A stretch of DNA of 64,000 nt from contig JBDKLC010000005.1 in NCBI GenBank assembly GCA_039795775.1, forward strand, positions 89,905-153,904, written 5' to 3'. Positions 56,669-64,000 of the stretch are shown in pieces. The notes under the pieces were generated by a model. It saw only the letters and a list, made by a program, of their open reading frames with translations, made no database searches and was not told the origin of the DNA. A program made the position numbers and the translations under genes. Source of the stretch: Candidatus Parcubacteria bacterium (GTDB lineage Bacteria; Patescibacteriota; Minisyncoccia; Phycocordibacterales; CAIZLB01). Numbering within the stretch: position 1 is the stretch's first letter; every line of letters begins with the position of its first letter.

Positions 56669-56863
56669 GAGAGGATAATGAGGGGACGAGAAAGCCGGAC
56701 TGAAGTTGCGCAATGAGGAGCTTGCGACGAAGCGCAACGAGGGAGGCGGGGTCGACAGTATTTTTGCGAAGCAAAAATAACTGGTGACCGAGTCCTCATC
56801 ACTTGGCCAACCACAGCTAACACAAGTTGCGTCAAATAATTATTAACTAATAACAAAATTAAT

Positions 56864-57436
56864 ATGACAGATAAGAAGAATGATGATTTAGAAACTGTGA
56901 GGGTTATTACAGAAGCTCTTAAGTCATTTACGAAAGAAGAACGAGAACAAATAATAAGATGGAGTCTTGAAAGACTGGGGATGCAGGCTTTTAAGATTCA
57001 GTCTGCTAATGTGATGCCACAAGAGTCACCTTTGATGACATCACCACAACCATTTTTAAATTCTAGTCCGAAGAATATAAAATCTTTTGTACAAGAAAAA
57101 AATCCCAAGAGCGATGTTCAGTTTGCTGCGGTAGCTGCCTATTTTTATCGTTTTGAAGCATCAGACGGTGAAAAAAAAGAGAAAATCAGTGCAAAAGATT
57201 TGCAGGACGCTGGTCGTCAAGCTAGAGGCTTCGGATTTAAAGACGCTTTGAAGACTTTAAATAATTGTGTAAGACTTGGTTATTTTAATCGCGCAGGACG
57301 GGGTGAATTTGAATTAAATGCAGTCGGTGAGAATCTTGTAGCAATGGTACTTCCTGGGGGAATGAATGAAAGCGTCACGTCTCGAAAAATAAATACTAAA
57401 ATGAAACCAAAGATAACTAAGAAGTCTAAAAAATAG
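56864..57436 (+). CDS. hypothetical protein, first gene of tRNA-adjacent AT-rich island
   Basis: 190 aa with a basic C-terminal tail (KMKPKITKKSKK). About 37% GC. Confidence 0.5.
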   Translation: MTDKKNDDLETVRVITEALKSFTKEEREQIIRWSLERLGMQAFKIQSANVMPQESPLMTSPQPFLNSSPKNIKSFVQEKNPKSDVQFAAVAAYFYRFEASDGEKKEKISAKDLQDAGRQARGFGFKDALKTLNNCVRLGYFNRAGRGEFELNAVGENLVAMVLPGGMNESVTSRKINTKMKPKITKKSKK

Positions 57437-57440
57437 ATTT

Positions 57441-58259
57441 ATGGATACTCTGGGAATCATAGACCAGGCTATTCATGAGATTGCTCACCTTATAAAAAGT
57501 GTAAGCACTAATCGATCTGTTCAGATTAGAACTCATGATGAACAAGAATTAATAAAAGCAAATGTTTTTTCTTGGATCAAGGGACATCGTACATGTCTAC
57601 AATCATTATCTAATAATGAAATCTTAATTTCTGTTGATGAAAAATTCAGTCAACTGCTTGAGTTTTCTGATAAGCACACCAGTCGTTCACGTTATAAAAT
57701 CTTACTTAAATCCACAAAGGCCGAATTAATCAAGTTACGGTCAGAAGCAATTAAAATTGGAAATATTGCCTCAAATAAGACTGATAACTTTTCAAATTCA
57801 GCTCCAGATTTTTCACCTTTGGTTTATGACAAAAAAATGAAAACAATTTTGACGAATAGGTGGAACGAAATTACTAAATGTCTCGAGTGTGATGCGCCAC
57901 TTGCAGCAACCATTATGATGGGAGGTTTATTAGAAGCGTTATTTTTGGCGCGTGCAAATAGACTTGAGGACAAAAGCCCCCTTTATAAAGCAAAAGCTGC
58001 GCCTGTAGAAAAAAATACACGTAAAAATATACCTTTAGATAAATGGATGCTAAATTCATTTATCGAAGTTGCTGCTGAATTAGGTTGGATAAGAAAACCA
58101 GCAAAAGATCTGGGAACTATTTTACGTGATTACAGAAACTATATTCATCCAGAACGAGAATTACGTACAGGTTTTACTTTGGAAAAGGAAGATGCCTTAA
58201 TGTTTTGGCAAATATTTAATCAAGTTTCGAAGCAGATTATTATTAATGCGAATAAGTAG
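57441..58259 (+). CDS. hypothetical protein with C-terminal HEPN-like Rx6H motif (candidate RNase/abortive-infection effector)
   Basis: 272 aa. C-terminal helical region ...LGTILRDYRNYIHPERELR (R-x6-H). Tightly coupled, 4 nt after the preceding gene. Confidence 0.45.
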   Translation: MDTLGIIDQAIHEIAHLIKSVSTNRSVQIRTHDEQELIKANVFSWIKGHRTCLQSLSNNEILISVDEKFSQLLEFSDKHTSRSRYKILLKSTKAELIKLRSEAIKIGNIASNKTDNFSNSAPDFSPLVYDKKMKTILTNRWNEITKCLECDAPLAATIMMGGLLEALFLARANRLEDKSPLYKAKAAPVEKNTRKNIPLDKWMLNSFIEVAAELGWIRKPAKDLGTILRDYRNYIHPERELRTGFTLEKEDALMFWQIFNQVSKQIIINANK

Positions 58260-58362
58260 CCGTGCTCAAGTTACATCGATTTGGTATCATAAGATTCAAC
58301 TGAAAAGCTTTACTCAGCAATTTAGAAAGTATCGAAGGATCTAGAGCGGTCATAATCATTCT

Positions 58363-59916
58363 ATGCATATAAAAATTATCAATCTTAAAGACTTCAAGCG
58401 ATTCAATGATTTCACGATTGACCTTGGAGATTCAGCAAAAAAGATAGTTGCCCTCGTTGGTCCAAATGGTTCTGGTAAGAGCAGTGTGTTCGATGGTTTT
58501 GAGGAATTTTCAAGTCACTTCAAAGGGAGAGGAGGAAAGAAGGCCAGCTATTATGTAAAATCCATATATCAACCAGATCCGTTACCTGGTTCCCAAAACT
58601 ACGATTCGCAAACACATGTCTTTGTAACCTCTGATCAAGAACCTTCCGCATATACAAAAACAAGTTTTTATATCCGTAGTGCACATCGATTTACACCGAG
58701 ATTGGATGTGAATCAGATACAAAAACTTTCTGATGCAGAAAACGATGAGAAAAGGCCTCAATATTTAATTGATCCAGACTCTCGTCTTCAGGATAATTAC
58801 GAGCGACTGATTGGAAGATTTTATGACGATGTTTACGATAAGGAGCTTACAGGAAAGAAATGGTCGGAAGATAATATTGATGGTATCAATAAAGTTTTGA
58901 AAAAGATATTGGATATCACGGTTGTCTTCCTCGGGAATCCAGTAAAAGGAGAAGGAAGTCTATATTTTAAAAAGGGAACCTCGAGTAAATTTCCGTATGA
59001 AAACCTTTCTGCGGGAGAAAAAGAGGTAGTAGATTTAGTCTTAGACATATACGTCAAGAAGGATATTTATTCTGACAGTATAATTTGTATTGATGAGCCA
59101 GAACTGCATCTCAATACTTCAATTCAAAGAAAGCTATTGGTTGAGATTGAGAAGATTGTTCCAAATAACAGCCAGCTTTGGGTTGCAACGCATAGCATTG
59201 GTTTCTTAAGAGCACTTCAAGAGGACCTGAAAGACAAGACTGCGGTTATTGATTTCATTGGTCATAACTTCGATGAAACTGTTGTACTAAAACCTATTTC
59301 GGGAACAAGAAAAGATTGGACTAGAATATTTGAGACAGCCCTGGAAGATTTAACAGGTCTTCTTGCACCCAAAAAGATTATCTATTGTGAAGGACGACCA
59401 GATCCTTCTGCTACAGGTATGGAGCAGGGTTTGGATGCAGATGTTTATAATGAAATATTTTCACACAAATACCCTGACACCTTATTCGTATCAAGTGGCG
59501 GTGGAAATGCGATTAACAAAAGCGCTCTACTTGCTCTTAAGATCTTAAGAAAAGCATTCAATACAGTAGATCTGTATCTGCTTAGGGATAAAGATGAATT
59601 ATCAACTTCAGAACGAGATAGCTTTATTGCTGCCGACCCTTCAAACAAGATGCTTCTTCGACGTGAGCTTGAAAATTATCTCTTCGATAAAGAAATACTT
59701 AAAAAGTACTGTGTTGAGAATTCGAAGGTGTTCGACGAAGCGAAGTATGATAACAAAGTGACTTATATTAAAGAACAGGACCTGAAGCCTGTGCAGCAAG
59801 ATATTCAAGCATCGTGCCAAGAATCAGGTGATATGGCACATTTTAAAAGAGCTTTGGCGAAGTTTATATCTCAAGATACAGCAGTGTTTATCGAACTAGA
59901 ATCATTGGTATTTTAG
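58363..59916 (+). CDS. ABC-type ATPase fused to Toprim-like nuclease domain (OLD family / DUF4435-like; Gabija-GajA- or PARIS-like)
   Basis: 517 aa. Walker A VGPNGSGKSS, signature LSAGEKE, Walker B IICIDEPELHL, H-loop VATHS. C-terminal Toprim-like IIYCEGRPD (Glu) and LRDKDE (DxD). Confidence 0.7.
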   Translation: MHIKIINLKDFKRFNDFTIDLGDSAKKIVALVGPNGSGKSSVFDGFEEFSSHFKGRGGKKASYYVKSIYQPDPLPGSQNYDSQTHVFVTSDQEPSAYTKTSFYIRSAHRFTPRLDVNQIQKLSDAENDEKRPQYLIDPDSRLQDNYERLIGRFYDDVYDKELTGKKWSEDNIDGINKVLKKILDITVVFLGNPVKGEGSLYFKKGTSSKFPYENLSAGEKEVVDLVLDIYVKKDIYSDSIICIDEPELHLNTSIQRKLLVEIEKIVPNNSQLWVATHSIGFLRALQEDLKDKTAVIDFIGHNFDETVVLKPISGTRKDWTRIFETALEDLTGLLAPKKIIYCEGRPDPSATGMEQGLDADVYNEIFSHKYPDTLFVSSGGGNAINKSALLALKILRKAFNTVDLYLLRDKDELSTSERDSFIAADPSNKMLLRRELENYLFDKEILKKYCVENSKVFDEAKYDNKVTYIKEQDLKPVQQDIQASCQESGDMAHFKRALAKFISQDTAVFIELESLVF

Positions 59917-60074
59917 ATCGAGACTTCCTAGTTTTCCAGTACAACTTTACTCTTGAAACACGTCAGTAAATCTCTCTTCGCGAACGTCGACCCTTCAGTA
60001 AGTAGATACTTCGCATAGTTCCGGATATCGGCATCCTTTGCAGGATACGTTTCTTCCGCCCACATGGGTCAAAT

Positions 60075-60575
60075 GTGTCAAAAATGCTAAAATTAAAAAA
60101 CATGATCCTAAAACCTATCTCTTCTGGCAAGCTTGTAGTTATTAGTGCTACAAAAGGTACTGACACACTTGCCTTTGCCAACGACGTATTCAGCTATATC
60201 GATCCTAACTTAAAAAATTGGGGATGCGACAAGATTGAGAAAGAAACTCCAGAAATGGCTGTTGAAGTGTATGAACAAATCGAAGACGCAACCTATCCTG
60301 AGATCTTCGGTAGTGTGGATCAAAACCTCGATCATTTAGTATTGACCACCTCGCAAATCAAGAACTTCGTGGTCAATAATGCAAAGGACTATCTTCTGGA
60401 GGCGGAATGGACATGTTTTCGTTTTCTCTTTAAGACGGGTGATGAATTTTTCATTGCAGATGTGCGAGTTCTCAACAACGGCAATCGTGATGTTCGTGTC
60501 ACTCGCTTTTTGGATGGCTCTGTCCGTCATGCAGAGTATCGCCATCGTATTGTGGTCCCACAACTAGCTGAATGA
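60075..60575 (+). CDS. hypothetical protein
   Basis: 166-aa ORF. No recognisable motifs. Confidence 0.5.
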   Translation: MSKMLKLKNMILKPISSGKLVVISATKGTDTLAFANDVFSYIDPNLKNWGCDKIEKETPEMAVEVYEQIEDATYPEIFGSVDQNLDHLVLTTSQIKNFVVNNAKDYLLEAEWTCFRFLFKTGDEFFIADVRVLNNGNRDVRVTRFLDGSVRHAEYRHRIVVPQLAE

Positions 60576-60593
60576 TTTCTTGGAATAAAGTAT

Positions 60594-61367
60594 ATGTCAT
60601 TAACTCTCCATAAAAACTGCAAATCTCTTCTTGAAGCCTTCAAATCAGGTAAGCTCGGTCAGACAGTAATGCCTGAAGATTCTAATCCTGGATTTTCTGA
60701 TAAAGATGCGGAAATGAGAATTGCATACTTTACGCTACCGATGGCTCTCAACTATCAGCGAGATAGCTACAAGCTTTGGGAAGCTGCTCTCAAGACCTTT
60801 AATGATTCTGAAACTAAGTTTGTATTTGATGTGGTCAAAGTTTCCAAAGCATCGGAAGACGATGTTCGAAAAGCTTTGATGAAATATAAGGTCGCACTTC
60901 AACCGAACAAACATATAAATACATGGAGGACAATCGCCAAGACGATAGCAAATAACTGGGGATCATTTACTAAGTTTTTTGAAGCAACACAAAATGATTT
61001 TCTGAAACTAAAGCAAATAGTAATCATTGAACACAAGAAGGGTTTCCCATATTTGTCTGGACCAAAGATATTTAATTATTGGTCTTTCATAATCAGTACT
61101 TACGGGGGTATCAAGCTAACGAATCGCGATCATATTGAAATTGCTCCTGATACTCACATCACACAGTGTTCGGTAAAGCTTGGAGTTATTACTAAAGAAG
61201 AGGCAGAGTTGCTTACTAAAGATGCTATTTCAGAACGATGGAGGGAATTGCTCAAGGAGAGCGGTATTGACCCAATTGATATGCACCCACCACTCTGGTT
61301 TTGGAGTAGAAATGGATTTGTGTTTGAAATTAATCCCTCAGAAACTCGAACCGAAAAAAGAGTATAA
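60594..61367 (+). CDS. HhH-GPD superfamily DNA glycosylase-like protein
   Basis: 257 aa. LSGPKIFNYWSFI...IEIAPDTHITQCSVKLGVI...HPPLWFW parallels EndoIII LPGVGRKTA...AVDTHVFRVSNRLGL...HHWLILHG (helix-hairpin-helix, Lys, Asp). Confidence 0.45.
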   Translation: MSLTLHKNCKSLLEAFKSGKLGQTVMPEDSNPGFSDKDAEMRIAYFTLPMALNYQRDSYKLWEAALKTFNDSETKFVFDVVKVSKASEDDVRKALMKYKVALQPNKHINTWRTIAKTIANNWGSFTKFFEATQNDFLKLKQIVIIEHKKGFPYLSGPKIFNYWSFIISTYGGIKLTNRDHIEIAPDTHITQCSVKLGVITKEEAELLTKDAISERWRELLKESGIDPIDMHPPLWFWSRNGFVFEINPSETRTEKRV

Positions 61368-61375
61368 TAACCACC

Positions 61376-62149
61376 ATGCTCGTATCCGTACTAATTCCAA
61401 CATACAACCGAAAACACATAATAGAACAAGCTATTCAAAGCGTGCTGAATCAATCATTCAGAGATTTTGAAGTAATTGTTGTTGATGATGGTTCAACTGA
61501 CGGTACAAAAGAATATATCGAGTCACTCAATCTTCCAATTACGCTCATTTCAAAAGAAAATGGCGGAGTGGCAAGTGCCAGAAATGAAGGGATAAAAAAC
61601 GCACGAGGTACATACATCGCATTCCTCGACTCAGATGATGCGTGGTTGCCAGATAAACTCAAAGCACAGGTTGAGTATTTTCAAGCGCACCCAGATATTC
61701 CGTTGGTATACACCGATGAATATATTGAAGTAAATGGTGAAGTGCTTCCAAAAACTAGATTTGAACGAGCCGATGTTGGAGATGAAGTGAAAAACAATTT
61801 CTTACTTTCTGGATTTGTACAGCGAACGCCAATTCATACATCTGCTGTCATGCTTAAAAAATCAGTACTCGACGAAGTAGGGTATTTTAATGAGACCTTA
61901 AAGATTCATGAGGACAGTGAGTTGTGGAATCGTATTAGTATGAAATACAAGTTTGGATATATTGATACTCCTTTGGCCATATTTCGATACAAAGATGGGG
62001 TAGACCATCTCATGAAAGATTTTCATTCAGAACCTTCAAAAGAAGAAGGTAGAAAGTATGTGAAGTTATACGAAGAAATGCATAAGGATGCTATGACTGA
62101 TGAAATCAAAAAAAGTATTGAAGAAAGTTATGCGATTTTAAACAAATGA
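61376..62149 (+). CDS. family 2 glycosyltransferase
   Basis: VLIPTYNRKHIIEQAIQSVLNQSFRDFEVIVVDDGSTDGT...FLDSDD (DxD) GT-A signatures. 8 nt after the previous gene. Confidence 0.85.
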   Translation: MLVSVLIPTYNRKHIIEQAIQSVLNQSFRDFEVIVVDDGSTDGTKEYIESLNLPITLISKENGGVASARNEGIKNARGTYIAFLDSDDAWLPDKLKAQVEYFQAHPDIPLVYTDEYIEVNGEVLPKTRFERADVGDEVKNNFLLSGFVQRTPIHTSAVMLKKSVLDEVGYFNETLKIHEDSELWNRISMKYKFGYIDTPLAIFRYKDGVDHLMKDFHSEPSKEEGRKYVKLYEEMHKDAMTDEIKKSIEESYAILNK

Positions 62150-62180
62150 AAAGTGTATTTAATATCGGAATTATATTATA

Positions 62181-64000
62181 ATGGGCTCAAATATGAGCAA
62201 GTATTTTTTCTATTTTTTGTTAATAGCAACGTTGAGCGTCACACCCGTATCTTCCGTATTTGCCGCTAAACTAGAACGTCCACTAACAGTCGGTTCTTCG
62301 GGCGACGATGTTACAGTTTTACAAGAAAATTTGAAAAAATTAGGATTCTTTAAGGCAGATGTTAATGGTTTTTTTGGCCCTATCACTAAAGCGGCGGTTG
62401 AAGCTTTTCAATTAAATAAAGGCATTGCATCTCCAAGTATGCCCGGTTTCGGTTATGTCGGTCCAAAAACTAGAGAACTATTTAACTCTATTATTGTTGG
62501 AAGTACTACCACAACTACCATAAGTGCTACCAATACGACACCAATCAAAACGGGTACTATTGAAAATAATCTATCTCTCGTACTTTCTCGTGATTTATAT
62601 GTTGGAATCCAAGGCGAAGATGTAAGACAATTGCAACTATTTCTTAAAGCTCAGGGATTTTATACCCAGCCCTCGATTACAGGTTACTTTGGCACCGTAA
62701 CAAAAAATGCGGTAGCGGCTTTTCAACGAGCTAATACTCTACCAATGACTGGACGTGTTGGACTTCAAACACGTGCAAAAATTGTTGTTAGTAACCCGCC
62801 GACAATACATATTTCTAATACAGTACCTACGCGACCCCGTATAGTTCTTTCCAGCCGACCACCTGAGCCGACGGTTGTACCTGCAACTACAGCTGGACCG
62901 AATCTCTCTGTGACTGTCTCAGAGGATGATGCTGATAATAGTGTCACACCCAACCAGTCAATCACATATACTGTTGCCATTTCGAATAGTGGAACGACTA
63001 ATGCGGGGACTTCGTTTACCGCAAATATTCCAACTGATATGGGTAATCCAGGGACATTCAGCTATTCAAACTGTGGTGGTGCAAGCGAATCGTTTGGTTC
63101 ACCGACGCTCACGGTTTCTTCTATAAGTATAAGCAAGGGAGCAACATGTACTGTTACATTTGTCATAAGTGTTGATACTCCGTTGAATGAAGGTACTGGT
63201 CTAACAGTAAGTGTGGATGTAGTCGCCGCAGCTCAAGGTGGAAATAATCCAGACTCTGTATCAGCGAGTGCTTTGACAGTAGATGCTACTCCAGCTCTCA
63301 CAGTTACATCAGCTGAAAATGATGCTGATAATACTGTCACACGTAGTCAAGATATTACATATACTCTCACAATTGATAATACTGGGGACGGTTATGCAAC
63401 TGGTGTTGATCTTACTGATACCATAGTCGGTGACGTGAGTGATGTTGGCACGTTTGGATTTTCAGGTTGCGGTTCGAACTATACAAATAATTCTTCAGGT
63501 CAGACATTGAGCGTCTCAAACGTAGAGATTGCCGTGAGCACCGACTGTATCATTACATATCATGTATCAGTAGATAGTGATGCAGATCATCAAGGAACCA
63601 TTACAAACAACGCTGATGTGGCTGCGGCAGACGAAGGCGGAAATAATCCCAATGCGACAAGTACAAGTGCACTTACTGTGGATGTGCCAATTGTATCTTA
63701 TTGGGCTGATGGTCTTTCTGTCGGAAATATGGATTCATCGACCAATTGGCAAGAGCAAAGTGGTCTTGCGACTCCACATCTAGCGGCGAACTCAAATTAT
63801 TTATGGAGTGTATCAGATTCACCAGCAAACCAAATCCAGGCTATCAACACTACAAATGCGGCTAATTTGGGTATTCTCACATTGACAGGTCAGACAGCAA
63901 TGGTCGATCTTGAAGACATTGAATGTGCATCTGTTGGTGGGACAAACTATTGCTATGCAATGGATTTTGGAAATAACGGAAACACCGCTAACTCACGTGG
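62181..64000 (+). CDS. large secreted protein: 2 peptidoglycan-binding (PG_binding_1-like) domains + DUF11-type conserved repeats (runs off window end)
   Basis: Signal peptide MGSNMSKYFFYFLLIATLSVTPVSSVFA. Two LxxGxxGxDVxxLQxxLKxxGFxxxxxxGxFGxxTxxAVxxFQ repeats. Repeated VT.NQSITYTVAISNSGTT / VTRSQDITYTLTIDNTGDG units. Frame verified to stay open to 64000. Confidence 0.7.
   Translation, partial: MGSNMSKYFFYFLLIATLSVTPVSSVFAAKLERPLTVGSSGDDVTVLQENLKKLGFFKADVNGFFGPITKAAVEAFQLNKGIASPSMPGFGYVGPKTRELFNSIIVGSTTTTTISATNTTPIKTGTIENNLSLVLSRDLYVGIQGEDVRQLQLFLKAQGFYTQPSITGYFGTVTKNAVAAFQRANTLPMTGRVGLQTRAKIVVSNPPTIHISNTVPTRPRIVLSSRPPEPTVVPATTAGPNLSVTVSEDDADNSVTPNQSITYTVAISNSGTTNAGTSFTANIPTDMGNPGTFSYSNCGGASESFGSPTLTVSSISISKGATCTVTFVISVDTPLNEGTGLTVSVDVVAAAQGGNNPDSVSASALTVDATPALTVTSAENDADNTVTRSQDITYTLTIDNTGDGYATGVDLTDTIVGDVSDVGTFGFSGCGSNYTNNSSGQTLSVSNVEIAVSTDCIITYHVSVDSDADHQGTITNNADVAAADEGGNNPNATSTSALTVDVPIVSYWADGLSVGNMDSSTNWQEQSGLATPHLAANSNYLWSVSDSPANQIQAINTTNAANLGILTLTGQTAMVDLEDIECASVGGTNYCYAMDFGNNGNTANSR

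Noticed and set aside
56361-56774. ORFs 56361..56774(-) and 56437..56670(+) overlapping the tRNA
   Set aside because: They overlap tRNA-Gln and its terminator and have no coding signal.
56555-56863. Integrase gene or att direct repeat delimiting the tRNA-adjacent island
   Set aside because: I searched by eye for a tyrosine-recombinase ORF and for a repeat of the tRNA 3' end (GGTTCGAGTCCC...) near 60000-62200. Neither was found, so the island boundary is inferred from composition and gene content only.
59963-60181. 72-aa minus-strand ORF in the gap after the ATPase-Toprim gene
   Set aside because: It overlaps the start of the plus-strand 60075..60575 gene and has a low-complexity translation. 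The 150-bp gap more likely holds a promoter or terminator.

Overview
The window reads as a gene-dense chromosomal segment from a small-genome bacterium with roughly 45-50% background GC. The gene set suggests a Patescibacteria/CPR-like organism: sortase plus substrate, CARDB and PGBD/DUF11 surface proteins, a truncated type IV pilus module, K/A/P-rich tails on housekeeping proteins, and many near-leaderless genes.

Confident housekeeping calls are thrS, dnaE, rnhB, rpmF, a NusB-Nudix fusion, rnc, a short SMC, rnr, rpsP-KH-trmD, rpoB-rpoC, dnaG-rpoD, a UvrD-type helicase fused to a Cas4/RecB-type nuclease, a DsbA-like oxidoreductase, a DEDD-type exonuclease, hisS, truB, gpmI, eno, dus, dnaX and a tRNA-Gln(UUG).

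Between these lie two kinds of accessory material. The first is a cell-surface set: a sortase with a VPDTG-signal substrate, a CARDB protein, a Cys-rich secreted protein, a PilB/PilC/pilin cluster, and a PGBD+DUF11 giant protein running off the 3' edge. The second is a mosaic of compositionally atypical segments. GC-rich inserts carrying hypothetical genes lie at 1034-2068, 12966-13706, 34310-35924, 48680-49870 and 55834-56289. AT-rich segments lie at 18694-19857, 42594-46361 and 56864-62149.

The most interesting locus is the AT-rich island directly downstream of tRNA-Gln (56864-62149). It encodes a 517-aa ABC-type ATPase fused to a Toprim/OLD-DUF4435-like nuclease domain, a 272-aa protein with a C-terminal HEPN-like Rx6H motif, and an HhH-GPD-like DNA glycosylase translationally coupled to a GT2 glycosyltransferase. 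Several small unknown proteins accompany them. I read this as a candidate uncharacterised anti-phage/defence island.

Two structured, GC-rich non-coding segments look like unannotated ncRNAs or leaders. One is 53077-53545, with an RBS-preceded 47-codon sORF. The other is 54332-54650, immediately upstream of dnaX.

All calls rest on motif reading of the translated ORFs and on hairpin and promoter inspection by eye. No database search was possible.
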